Shown here in pieces: positions 39,301 through 52,349 of a DNA stretch of 64,000 nt. Every line of letters begins with the position of its first letter. The stretch's first letter is position 1. Made by a program: the position numbers and the translations under genes. This stretch comes from Mobula hypostoma (lineage: Eukaryota): the NCBI RefSeq assembly GCF_963921235.1, contig NC_086101.1, positions 2,358,001 through 2,422,000 of the forward strand. The letters are read 5' to 3'. The notes beneath the pieces are model-generated. The model ran no database searches and was not told where the DNA came from. It saw nothing but the letters and a program-made list of their open reading frames with translations.

Positions 39301-42300
39301 ATCTCACTGCCTCGATCTCTCCCCAACTAATCCCACTGACCCGATCTCTCCCCACGCTAATCCCACTGCCCCGATCTCTCCCCACACTAATCCCACTGTC
39401 TCACTCTCTCCCCACACTAATCCCACTGCCCCGATCTCTCCACAACTAATCCCACTGCCGCGATCTCTCACCAACTAATCCCACTGTCCTGATCACTTCC
39501 CAACTAATCCCACTGCCCCGATCTCTCCCCACACTAATCCCACAGTCCCGATCTCTCCCCACACTAATCCCACTGTCCCGATCTCTCCCCACACTAATCC
39601 CACTGATCTCTCCCAACTAATCCCACCCGATCTCTCCCCACACTAATCCCACTGTCCCGATCTCTCCCCACACTAATCCCACTGTCCCGATCTCTCCCCA
39701 CACTAATCCCACTGCCCGATCTCTCCCCAACTAATCCCACTGCCCGATTCTCCCCGATCCACTAATCCCACTGTCCCGATCTCTCCCCAACTAATCCCAC
39801 TGTCCGATCTCTCCCCAACTAATCCCACTGTCCCGATCTCTCCCCACACTAATCCCACTGCCGATCTCTCCCCACACTAATCCCACTGCCCCGATCTCTC
39901 CCCACACTAATCCCACTGCCCATCTCTCCCCACACTAATCCCACTGCCCCGATCTCTCCCCACACTAATCCCACTGCCCCGATCTCTCCCCACACTAATC
40001 CCACTGCCCGATCTCTCCCCACACTAATCCCACTGCCGATCTCTCCCCACTAATCCCACTCCCACCTAATCCCACTGTCCGATCTCTCCCCACACTAATC
40101 CCACTGTCCCGATCTCTCACCACACTAATCCCACTGCCCCGATCTCTCCCCACACTAATCCCACTGCCCCGATCTCTCCCCACACTAATCCCACTGTCCC
40201 GATCTCTCCCCAACTAATCCCACTGTCCGATCTCTCCCCAACTAATCCCACTGTCCCGATCTCTCCCCAACTAATCCCACTGTCCCGATCTCTCCCCACA
40301 CTAATCCCACTGCCCCGATCTCTCCCCACACTAATCCCACTGCCCCACTCTCTCCCCACACTAATCCCACTGTCCCGATCTCTCCCCACACTAATCCCAC
40401 TGCCCGATCTCTCCCCAACTAATCCCACTGTCCCGATCTCTCCCCAACTAATCCCACTCCGATCTCTCCCCAACTAATCCCACTGCCCGATCTCTCCCCA
40501 CACTAATCCCACTGCCCCGATCTCTCCCCACACTAATCCCACGCACCCGATCTCTCCCCACACTAATCCCACTGTCCGATCTCTCCCCACACTAATCCCA
40601 CTGTCCGATCTCTCCCCACACTAATCCCACTGCCTCACTCTCTCCCCACACTAATCCCACTGCCCCGATCTCTCCACACTAATCCCACTGCCGCGATCTC
40701 TCACCAACTAATCCCACTGCCCTGATCTCTCCCCAACTAATCCCACTGTCCCGATCTCTCCCCAACTAATCCCACTGTCCGATCTCTCCCCACACTAATC
40801 CCACTGCCCCGATCTCTCCCCACACTAATCCCACTGTCCCGATCTCTCCCCACACTAATCCCACTGCCCCGATCTCTCCCCACACTAATCCCACTGTCCC
40901 GATCTCTCCCCACACTAATCCCACTGTCCCGATCTCTCCCCACACTAATCCCACTGTCCCGATCTCTCCCCAACTAATCCCACTGTCCCGATCTCTCCCC
41001 ACACTAATCCCACTGCCCCGATCTCTCCCCAACTAATCCCACTGTCCCGATCTCTCCCCACACTAATCCCACTGTCCCGATCTTTCCCCACACTAATCCC
41101 ACTGTCCCGATCTCTCCCCACACTAATCCCACTGTCCCGATCTCTCCCCACACTAATCCCACTGTCCCGATCTCTCCCCACACTAATCCCACTGCCCCGA
41201 TCTCTCCCCACACTAATCCCACTGCCCCGATCTCTCCCCACACTAATCCCACTGCCCCACTCTCTCCCCACACTAATCCCACTGTCCCGATCTCTCCCCA
41301 CACTAATCCCACTGCCCCGATCTCTCCCCACACTAATCCCACTGCCCCGATCTCTCCCCACACTAATCCCACTGTCCTGATCTCTCCCCACACTAATCTC
41401 ACTGCCTCGATCTCTCCCCAACTAATCCCACTGACCCGATCTCTCCCCACACTAATCCCACTGCCCCGATCTCTCCCCACACTAATCCCACTGCCTCACT
41501 CTCTCCCCACACTAATCCCACTGCCCCGATCTCTCCACAACTAATCCCACTGTCCTGATCACTTCCCAACTAATCCCACTGCCCCGATCTCTCCCCACAC
41601 TAATCCCACTGTCCCGATCTCTCCCCACACTAATCCCACTGTCCCGATCTCTCCCCAACTAATCCCACTGCCCCGATCTCTCCCCACACTAATCCCACTG
41701 TCCGATCTCTCCCCACACTAATCCCACTGTCCTGATCTCTCGTCACACTAATCCTACTGTCCGATCTCTCCCCTACTAATCCCACTGCCCCGATCTCTCC
41801 CCAACTAATCCCACTGTCCCGATCTCTCCCCAACTAATCCCACTGTCCGATCTCTCCCCAACTAATCCCACTGTCCGGTCTCTCCCCAACTTATCCCACT
41901 GTCCCGATCTCTCCCCACACTAATCCCACTGCCCTGATCTCTCCCCACACTAATCCCACTGCCCCACTCTCTCCCCACACTAATCCCACTGTCCCGATCT
42001 CTCCCCACACTAATCCCACTGACCCGATCTCTCCCCACACTAATCCCACTGCCCCGATCTCTCCCCACACTAATCCCACTGTCCCGATCTCTCCCCACAC
42101 TAATCCCACTGCCCCGATCTCTCCCCACACTAATCCCACTGTCCCGATCTCTCCCCACACTAATCCCACTGTCCCGATCTCTCCCCACACTAATCCCCCT
42201 GCCCCACTCTCTCCCCACACTAATCCCCCTGCCCCACTCTCTCCCCACACTAATCCCCCTGCCCCTATCTCTCCCCACACTAATCCCACTGTCCCGATCT

Positions 42301-45300
42301 CTCCCCACACTAATCCCACTGCCCCGATCTCTCCCCACACTAATCCCACTGCCCCGATCTCTCCCCACACTAATCCCACTGTCCTGATCTCTCCCCACAC
42401 TAATCTCACTGCCTCGATCTCTCCCCAACTAATCCCACTGCCCCGATCTCTCCCCACACTAATCCCACTGCCCCGATCTCTCCCCACACTAATCCCACTG
42501 TCCTGATCTCTCCCCACACTAATCTCACTGCCTCGATCTCTCCCCAACTAATCCCACTGACCCGATCTCTCCCCACACTAATCCCACTGACCCGATCTCT
42601 CCCCACACTAATCCCACTGCCCCGATCTCTCCCCACACTAATCCCACTGTCTCGATCTCTCCCCACACTAATCCCACTGTCCCGATCTCTCCCCAACTAA
42701 TCCCACTGTCCTGATCACTCCCCAACTAATCCCACTGCCCCGATCTCTCCCCACACTAATCCCACAGTCCCGATCTCTCCCCACACTAATCCCACTGTCC
42801 CGATCTCTCTCCAGCTAATCCCACTGTCCCGATCTCTCCCCACACTAATCCCACTGCCCCAATCTCTCCCCACACTAATCCCACTGTCTCGATCTCTCCC
42901 CAACTAATCCCACTGTCCCGATCTCTCCCCACACTAATCCCACTGCCCCGATCTCTCCCCACACTAATCCCACTGTCCCGATCTCTCCCCACACTAATCC
43001 CACTGTCCCGATCTTTCCCCACACTAATCCCACTGTCCCGATCTCTCCCCACACTAATCCCACTGCCCCGATCTCTCCCCACACTAATCCCACTGTCCCG
43101 ATCTCTCCCCAACTAATCCCACTGTCCCGATCTCTCCCCAACTAATCCCACTGTCCCGATCTCTCCCCACACTAATCCCACTGTCCCGATCTCTCCCCAC
43201 ACTAATCCCACTGTCCCGATCTCTCCCCACACTAATCCCACTGCCCCGATCTCTCCCCAACTAATCCCACTGTCCCGATCTCTCCCCACACTAATCCCAC
43301 TGCCCCGATCTCTCCCCACACTAATCCCACTGTCCCGATCTCTCCCCACACTAATCCCACTGTCCCGATCTCTCCCCAACTAATCCCACTGTCCCGATCT
43401 CTCCCCACACTAATCCCACTGCCCCGATCTCTCCCCACACTAATCCCACTGCCCCGATCTCTCCCCACACTAATCCCACTGTCCCGATCTCTCCCCACAT
43501 TAATCCCACTGTCCCGATCTCTCCCCACATTAATCCCACTGTCCCAATCTTTCCCCACACTAATCCCACTGTCCCGATCTCTCCCCACACTAATCCCACT
43601 GCCCCGATCTCTCCCCACACTAATCCCACTGCCGCGATCTCTCACCAAGTAATCCCACTGTCCTGATCACTTCCCAACTAATCCCACTGCCCCGATCTCT
43701 CCCCACACTAATCCCACAGTCCCGATCTCTCCCCACACTAATCCCACTGTCCCGATCTCTCCCCAACTAATCCCACTGTCCCGATCTCTCCCCACACTAA
43801 TCCCACTGCCCCGATCTCTCCCCACACTAATCCCACTGTCCCGATCTCTCCCCAACTAATCCCACTGTCCCGATCTCTCCCCACACTAATCCCACTCTCC
43901 CGATCTCTCCCCAACTAATCCCACTGTCCCGATCTCTCCCCACACTAATCCCACTATCCCGATCTCTCCCCAACTAATCCCACTGTCCCGATCTCTCTCC
44001 CCACACTAATCCCACTGTCCCGATCTCTGCCCAACTAATCCCACTGTCCCGATCTCTCCCCACACTAATCCCACTGTCCCGATCTCTCCCCACACTAATC
44101 CCACTGCCCCGATCTCTCCCCACACTAATCCCACTGCCCCACTCTCTCCCCACACTAATCCCACTGTCCCGATCTCTCCCCACACTAATCCCACTGCCCC
44201 GATCTCTCCCCACACTAATCCCACTGCCCCGATCTCTCCCCACACTAATCCCACTGTCCTGATCTCTCCCCACACTAATCTCACTGCCTCGATCTCTCCC
44301 CAACTAATCCCACTGTCCCGATCTCTCCCCACACTTATCCCACTGCCCCGATCTCTCCCCACACTAATCCCACTGTCCTGATCTCTCCCCACACTAATCT
44401 CACTGCCTCGATCTCTCCCCAACTAATCCCACTGACCCGATCTCTCCCCACACTAATTCCACTGCCCCGATCTCTCCCCACACTAATTCCACTGCCTCAC
44501 TCTCTCCCCACACTAATCCCACTGCCCCGATCTCTCCACAACTAATCCCACTGTCCTGATCACTTCCCAACTAATCCCACTGCCCCGATCTCTCCCCACA
44601 CTAATCCCACAGTCCCGATCTCTCCCCACACTAATCCCACTGTCCCGATATCTCTCCAACTAATCCCACTGCCCCGATCTCTCCCCACACTAATTCCACT
44701 GTCCGATCTCTCCCCACACTAATCCCACTGTCCTGATCTCTCCCCACACTAATCCTACTGTCCGATCTCTCCCCAACTAATCCCACTGCCCCGATCTCTC
44801 CCCAACTAATCCCACTGTCCCGATCTCTCCCCAACTAATCCCACTGTCCGATCTCTCCCCAACTAATCCCACTGTCCCGATCTCTCCCCAACTAATCCCA
44901 CTGTCCGAATCTCTCCCCACACTAATCCCACTGCCCCAATCTCTCCCCACACTAATCCCACTGCCCCACTCTCTCCCCACACTAATCCCACTGTCCCGAT
45001 CTCTCCCCACACTAATCCCACTGCCCCGATCTCTCCCCACACTAATCCCACTGTCCCGATCTCTCCCCAACTAATCGCACTGTCCGATCTCTCCCCAACT
45101 AATCCCACTGTCTCAATCTCTCCCCAACTAACCCCACTGTCCGATCTCTCCCCACACTAATCCCACTGACCCGATCTCTCCCAACACTAATCCCACTGTC
45201 CCGATCTCTCCCCAATTAAGCCCACTGTCCGATCTCTCCCCAACTGATCCCACTGTCCCGATCTCTCCACAACTAATCCCACTGCCCCGATCTCTCCCCA

Positions 45301-48300
45301 CACTAATCCCACTGCCCCGATCTCTCCCCAACTAACCCCACTGTCCGATCTCTCCCCACACTAATCCCACTGACCCGATCTCTCCCAACACTAATCCCAC
45401 TGTCCCGATCTCTCCCCAATTAAGCCCACTGTTCGATCTCTCCCCAACTAATCCCACTGCCCCGATCTCTCCCCACACTAATCCCACGGCCCCGATCTCT
45501 CCCCACACTAATCCCACTGTCCAATCTCTCCCCACACTAATCCCACTGTCCTGATCTCTCCCCACACTAATCCCACTGCCTCACTCTCTCCCCACACTAA
45601 TCCCACTGCCCCGATCTCTCCACATCTAATCCCACTGCCGCGATCTCTCACCAACTAATCCCACTGTCCTGATCACTTCCCAACTAATCCCACTGCCCCG
45701 ATCTCTCCCCACACTAATCACACTGTCCCGATCTCTCTCCAACTAATCCCACTGTCCCGATCTCTCCCCACACTAATCCCACTGCCCCGATCTCTCCCCA
45801 CACTAATCCCACTGTCCCGATCTCTCCCCAACTAATCCCACTGTCCCGATCTCTCCCCACACTAATCCCACTCTCCCGATCTCTCCCCAACTAATCCCAC
45901 TGTCCCGATCTCTCCCCACACTAATCCCACTATCCCGATCTCTCCCCAACTAATCCCACTGTCCCGATCTCTCTCCCCACACTAATCCCACTGTCCCGAT
46001 CTCTGCCCAACTAATCCCACTGTCCCGATCTCTCCCCACACTAATCCCACTGCCCCGATCTCTCCCCACACTAATCCCACTGCCCCGATCTCTCCCCACA
46101 CTAATCCCACTGCCCCGATCTCTCCCCACACTAATCCCACTGTCCCGATCTCTCCCCACACTAATCCCACTGCCCCGATCTCTCCCCACACTAATCCCAC
46201 TGCCCCGATCTCTCCCCACACTAATCCCACTGTCCTGATCTCTCCCCACACTAATCTCACTGCCTCGATCTCTCCCCAACTAATCCCACTGACCCGATCT
46301 CTCCCCACACTAATCCCACTGCCCCGATCTCTCCCCACACTAATTCCACTGCCTCACTCTCTCCCCACACTAATCCCACTGCCCCGATCTCTCCACAACT
46401 AATCCCACTGTCCTGATCACTTCCCAACTAATCCCACTGCCCCGATCTCTCCCCACACTAATCCCACAGTCCCGATCTCTCCCCACACTAATCCCACTGT
46501 CCCGATATCTCTCCAACTAATCCCACTGCCCCGATCTCTCCCCACACTAATTCCACTGTCCGATCTCTCCCCACACTAATCCCACTGTCCTGTTCTCTCC
46601 CCACACTAATCCTACTGCCCGATCTCTCCCCAACTAATCCCACTGCCCCGATCTCTCCCCAACTAATCCCACTGTCCCGATCTCTCCCCAACTAATCCCA
46701 CTGTCCGATCTCTCCCCAACTAATCCCACTTTCCCGATCTCTCCCCAACTAATCCCACTGTCCCAATCTCTCCCCACACTAATCCCACTGCCCCGATCTC
46801 TGCCCACACTAATCCCACTGCCCCACTCTCTCCCCACACTAATCCCACTGTCCCGATCTCTCCCCACACTAATCCCACTGCCCCAATCTCTCCCCACACT
46901 AATCCCACTGTCCCGATCTCTCCCCAACTAATCGCACTGTCCGATCTCTCCCCAACTAATCCCACTGTCTCAATCTCTCCCCAACTAACCCCACTGTCCG
47001 ATCTCTCCCCACACTAATCCCACTGACCCGATCTCTCCCAACACTAATCCCGCTGTCCCGATCTCTCCCCAATTAAGCCCACTGTCCGATCTCTCCCCAA
47101 CTAATCCCACTGTCCCGATCTCTCCACAACTAATCCCACTGCCCCGATCTCTCCCCACACTAATCCCACTGCCCCGATCTCTCCCCAACTAACCCCACTG
47201 TCCGATCTCTCCCCACACTAATCCCACTGACCCGATCTCTCCCAACACTAATCCCACTGTCCCGATCTCTCCCCAATTAAGCCCACTGTCCGATCTCTCC
47301 CCAACTAATCCCACTGCCCCGATCTCTCCCCACACTAATCCCACTGCCCCGATCTCTCCCCACACTAATCCCACTGCCCCGATCTCTCCCCACACTAATC
47401 CCACGGCCCCGATCTCTCCAGACACTAATCCCACTGTCCGATCTCTCCCCACCCTAATCCCACTGTCCTGATCTCTCCCCACACTAATCCCACTGCCTCA
47501 CTCTCTCCCCACACTAATCCCACTGCCCCGATCTCTCCACATCTAATCCCACTGCCGCGATCTCTCACCAACTAATCCCACTGTCCTGATCACTTCCCAA
47601 CTAATCCCACTGCCCCGATCTCCCCCCAGACTAATCCCACAGTCCCGATCTCTCCGCACACTAATCACACTGTCCCTATCTCTCTCCAACTAATCCCACT
47701 GTCCCGATCTCTCCCCACACTAATCCCACTGCCCCGATCTCTCCCCACACTAATCCCACTGTCCCGATCTCTCCCCAACTAATCCCACTGTCCCGATCTC
47801 TCCCCACACTAATCCCACTGTCCCGATCTCTCCCCAACTAATCCCACTGTCCCGATCTCTCCCCACACTAATCCCACTGTCCCGATCTCTCTCCCCAACT
47901 AATCCCACTGTCCCGATCTCTCTCCCCACACTAATCCCACTGTCCCGATCTCTCCCCAACTAATCCCACTGTCCCGATCTCTCCCCACACTAATCCCACT
48001 GCCCCGATCTCTCCCCACACTAATCCCACTGCCCCGATCTCTCCCCACACTAATCCCACTGCCCCACTCTCTCCCCACACTAATCCCACTGTCCCGATCT
48101 CTCCCCACACTAATCCCACTGCCCCGATCTCTCCCCACACTAATCCCACTGCCCCGATCTCTCCCCACACTAATCCCACTGTCCTGATCTCTCCCCACAC
48201 TAATCTCACTGCCTCGATCTCTCCCCAACTAATCCCACTGACCCGATCTCTCCCCACACTAATCCCACTGCCCCGATCTCTCCCCACACTAATTCCACTG

Positions 48301-49303
48301 CCTCACTCTCTCCCCACACTAATCCCACTGCCCCGATCTCTCCACAACTAATCCCACTGTCCTGATCACTTCCCAACTAATCCCACTGCCCCGATCTCTC
48401 CCCACACTAATCCCACAGTCCCGATCTCTCCCCACACTAATCCCACTGTCCCGATCTCTCTCCAACTAATCCCACTGTCCCGATCTCTCCCCACACTAAT
48501 CCCACTGTCCGATCTCTCCCCACACTAATCCCACTGTCCTGATCTCTCCCCACACTAATCCCACTGTCCGATCTCTCCCCACACTAATCCCACTGCCCCG
48601 ATCTCTCCCCACACTAATCCCACTGTCCCGATCTCTCCCCAACTAATCCCACTGTCCCGATCTCTCCCCACACTAATCCCACTGTCCCGATCTCTCCCCA
48701 CACTAATCCCACTGTCCCGATCTCTCCCCACACTAATCCCACTGTCCCGATCTCTCCCCACACTAATCCCACTGTCCCGACTCTCTCCCCACACTAATCC
48801 CACTGTCCCGATCTCTCCCCACACTAATCCCACTGTCCCGATCTCTCCCCACACTAATCCCACTGCCCCGATCTCTCCCCACACTAATCCCACTGTCCCG
48901 ATCTCTCCCCACACTAATCCCACTGCCCCGATCTCTCCCCACACTAATCCCACTGTCCCGATCTCTCCCCACACTAATCCCACTGTCCCGATCTCTCCCC
49001 ACACTAATCCCACTGTCCCGATCTCTCCCCACACTAATCCCACTGTCCCGATCTCTCCCCACACTAATCCCACTGCCCCGATCTCTCCCCACACTAATCC
49101 CACTGTCCCGATCTCTCCCCAACTAATCCCACTGTCCCGATCTCTCCCCACACTAATCCCACTGTCCGATCTCTCCCCAACTAATCCCACTGTCCCGATC
49201 TCTCCCCACACTAATCCCACTGTCCCGATCTCTCCCCACACTAATCCCACTGCCCCGATCTCTCCCCACACTAATCCCACTGCCCCGATCTCTCCCCACT
49301 AAT
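15342..49303. repeat. ~34 kb satellite array, 28-30 bp unit CTAATCCCACTG(T/C)CC(C)GATCTCTCCCCA(C)A
   Basis: Continuous head-to-tail copies, roughly 1,150 units (length divided by ~29.3). Source of all the 'MGRDR/WGEIG' ORFs. Confidence 0.99.
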
Positions 49304-49707
49304 GCGAATGCGCGGCCCTGGTCTCTGTCCAGACTTGTCTATCATCACACTCTCTCGTCACACCGACACTTCTCTCTCTCAGGGACATACCTGGGTTCGG
49401 ACTCCCCGGAACAGCGGAGGTCTCCAAGGGTGGGGAGTGGTGAGGCCAGACCATGGCACGTGACAGAGGCTGCAAGAGCTTCACCCTCCCTGCCGGCTTT
49501 CCCAGTGTACACACACCCACAGGGTGGGGAGTTCTCCGCTTCCTGACTGCCACATCTCATGGAAATGTGCAGGAAATGCCAGAGGGAAATCAGATGGAAT
49601 CGTGTCCCCCGGGACTGCCATAGCGAGAGGTGGTTACACAGATCCAGATAACTGCCTCACTCAGCGGGCGGGGAGGGGCTCCTGGCACTGGGCAGGCATT
49701 CCGACAC

Positions 49708-49875
49708 AGTCCGGGGAGACCGACAGACGGGACAGGGTCCGGGGATAGTGACGGAGGGGATATGGTCTGGGGAGAGTGACGGTGGGCGGGGGGACACAGT
49801 CCGGTCCGGGGAGAGTGACGGAGGGGACACGGTCCGCGGAGAGTAACAGGGGAGACATGGTCCGGGGAGAGTGAA
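49708..49875. repeat. Short degenerate minisatellite GGTCCGGGGAGAGTGACGGAGGGGACAC (~28-36 bp)
   Basis: Five to six imperfect copies. Confidence 0.7.
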
Positions 49876-49939
49876 GAGTGTGGGTGCAGACCAGAGTAGC
49901 TGACAGTGGGAGCAGAGTCTGGGGTGTCTGACATTGGGG

Positions 49940-52246
49940 GGTGCGGAGGGAGGGTGGTGGTACAGTGGGAGGCAGAGGGGGAAACGGTGGCGTGAAGAGG
50001 GATGAGGCGAAAGGGAGGGAGGAGGGAGGAGGCTGAGTGAGAAACATGCGGAAGTGGAGGCAAGAAGGAGGGATCTGGTAAGGAGGGGTGAGGGAGGATG
50101 GACCGAGGGGAAGAGGAAGGAGGGATGAGTTAAGGAGGGGTGACGGAGGTTGGACAGAGGAGGGGAGGAGGAAGGTGGGGAAGGATGCGGAGAAAGCAGG
50201 CGGTGGTTGGGGAGGGATGGAGGTGGGAGTGTTGAGGGAGGAAGGGAGGAGGGGAATGGGAGATAGGGAAGTGAGGAAAAAGGGAGGTTTGTGAATTTGG
50301 GAGGGAGGCGCGGCACAGGAGGTTGTGGAGGGTGGGATGAGGGGAAGGGGAAAGGAGGGAGGTGAGAGGGAGGAGGAGAGGATGGAAGAGGAGAAGCGGG
50401 GTATGGGGCGGACAGGCAGGGAAGGGCGAGGAGAAAGGAAGGGATGAAGGTCAAGGGAGCAGAGGAGGGTAGAGGGGAGTGTGTGCTAGGATGGAGCGAG
50501 GGAGGAGGGAAGGATGAGGAGGAGGGGAAGGGGAATGATGGTGGAGGAGGAAGGGAGCGAGGAGGTGAAGGGAATGGAGGGAAGGATGAGGAGAAGGAAG
50601 GAAGGGACGGAGGGAAGAGGAGAAAAAGAGGGGGATATAGGTGAGGGAGAGAGGAGGGGAAGTAGAGGTGGCAAGAGACAAGGAGGGGACATGGGGAACC
50701 GGTGGGGAGGTGGGAAGGAGGGAGGAGGGCAAGGGAGGGGCAAGTGATAGAGGGAGGTTGGAATGGTGGGTGGAGGGGACGGAGAGTTGGGTAGGGAGGC
50801 GGGGTGGAAGGGGTAGGGAGGGAGATGGGGAAGGGGTGGGGAAGGAGATGGGGATGGGGGTAGGGAGGGAGATGGGGATGGGGGTAGGGAGGGAGATGGG
50901 GAAGGGGTGGGGAGGGAGATGGGGAGGGGGTAGGGAGGCAGGAGTGGAAGGGGTGGGGAGGCAGGGGTGGAAGGGGCCGGGAGGGAGATGGGGAAGGGGT
51001 GGGGAGGGAGATGGGGAGGGGGTAGGGAGGCAGGAGTGGAAGGGGTGGCGAGGCAGGAGTGGAAGGGGTGGGGAGGGAGATGGGGAAGGGGTAGGGAGGC
51101 AAGAGTGGAAGGGGCAGGGAGGGAGATGGGGAAGGGGTGGGGAGAGAGATGGGGGTGGGGAGGGAGATGGGGAAGGGGTGGGGAGGCAGGAGTGGAAGGG
51201 GTAGGGAGGGAGATGGGGAAGGGGTGGGGAGGCAGGAGTGGAAGGGGTAGGGAGGGAGATGGGGAAGGGGTGGGGAGGCAGGAGTGGAAGGGGTGGGGAG
51301 GGAGATGGGGAAGGGGCGGGGAGTGAGATGGGGATGGGGCGGGGAGGGAGATGGGGAGGGGGTGGGGAGCAAGATGGGGAAGGGGTAGGGAGGGAGGAGT
51401 GGAAGGGGTAGGGAGGGAGATGGGGAAGGGGTGGTGAGGGAGATGGGGAAGGGGTGGGGAGGGAGATGGGGAAGGGGTGGGGAGGGAGATGGGGAAGGGG
51501 TAGGGAGGCAGGAGTGGAAGGGGTGGGGAGGGAGATGGGGAAGGGGAGAGTCGTGGTGGGAATGGGCAGGCAGAAGTTGGAGGAAGGTAGAGGAGGGAGG
51601 GAGGAGGTGGAAGGAGAGTGAGGGTGACTGTGAAGTTGGAAGGAGGGGAGGGGGAGAAGGGAGGGAGGGAGGAACAAGGGTAAGAAGGCAGGGTGAAGCA
51701 GGTGAAGAGGAGGTGAAGGGGATTGGGAGGAGGGAAGGAGGGGAAGTGAGGGTCAGGAGGGAGAGAAAAGGGAACGGCAGGTAGAGGAGGAGGGAGGAGG
51801 GGAGGGGGAGAAGGGAGGGAGGGAGGAACAAGGGTAAGAAGGCAGGGTGAAGCAGGTGAAGTGGAGGTGAAGAGGATTGGGAGGAGGGAAGGAGGGGAAG
51901 TGAGGGTCAGGAGGGAGAAAGAAGGGAAGGGCAGGTAGAGGAGGAGGGAGGAGGGGAAGGTTCATCAGGAGGGACGGGAGGGAGGAGATAAAGAGGAGGA
52001 GGGAGTGAGGGAGGAGGGGAAGGTGAAAGGGGAATGGAGAGGGAGATGAGAGGAAAGCTGTAGTGAGGGATGGAGGGGAGGGTGGAAGGGAGGAAGGGGA
52101 GATGGGGAGGGAGCGAGTGAGCTGGGATGGAGGAGATGTAGGAGAGGGGAGGAGAGACGGGAGAGGGAGAAGGGAGGGGAAGGATAGAGGGATGAGGATG
52201 AAGGGGAGGGTGGGAGGAGGGGAAGGGGAGGGAGGAGGAGAGAGAA
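49940..52246. repeat. Purine-rich low-complexity tract, with a GGGAGGGAGATGGGGAAGGGGT / GGGAGGCAGGAGTGGAAGGGGT minisatellite at ~50790-51545
   Basis: Strong G/A strand bias with ~23-bp tandem units; also a ~156-bp duplication at 51665-51960. Confidence 0.9.
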
Positions 52247-52349
52247 CACAGCAATAAATAACGAGAACATGAGTGAATGAGATAGCAAGTCCTCAAAATG
52301 CGATCATTGCTTGTGGGAACATCTCAATGGGTGGACAAGTGAATGGAGT

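Noticed and set aside
15488..49280. Over 100 minus-strand ORFs (MGRDRDSGISVGRD / GLVWGEIGTV)
   Set aside because: Translations of the satellite, mostly from TTG/GTG starts; frames shift with 28/29/30-bp units.
15342..49303. CRISPR array (28-30 bp repeats)
   Set aside because: Units are contiguous with no unique spacers, there are no cas genes, and the context is vertebrate.
15342..49303. Interstitial telomeric repeat (GGGATTAG resembles GGGTTAG)
   Set aside because: No tandem TTAGGG; the similarity is a single partial motif per unit.
49657..52296. 724-aa and 408-aa Pro-rich ORFs
   Set aside because: Low-complexity polypyrimidine strand that is stop-poor by composition.
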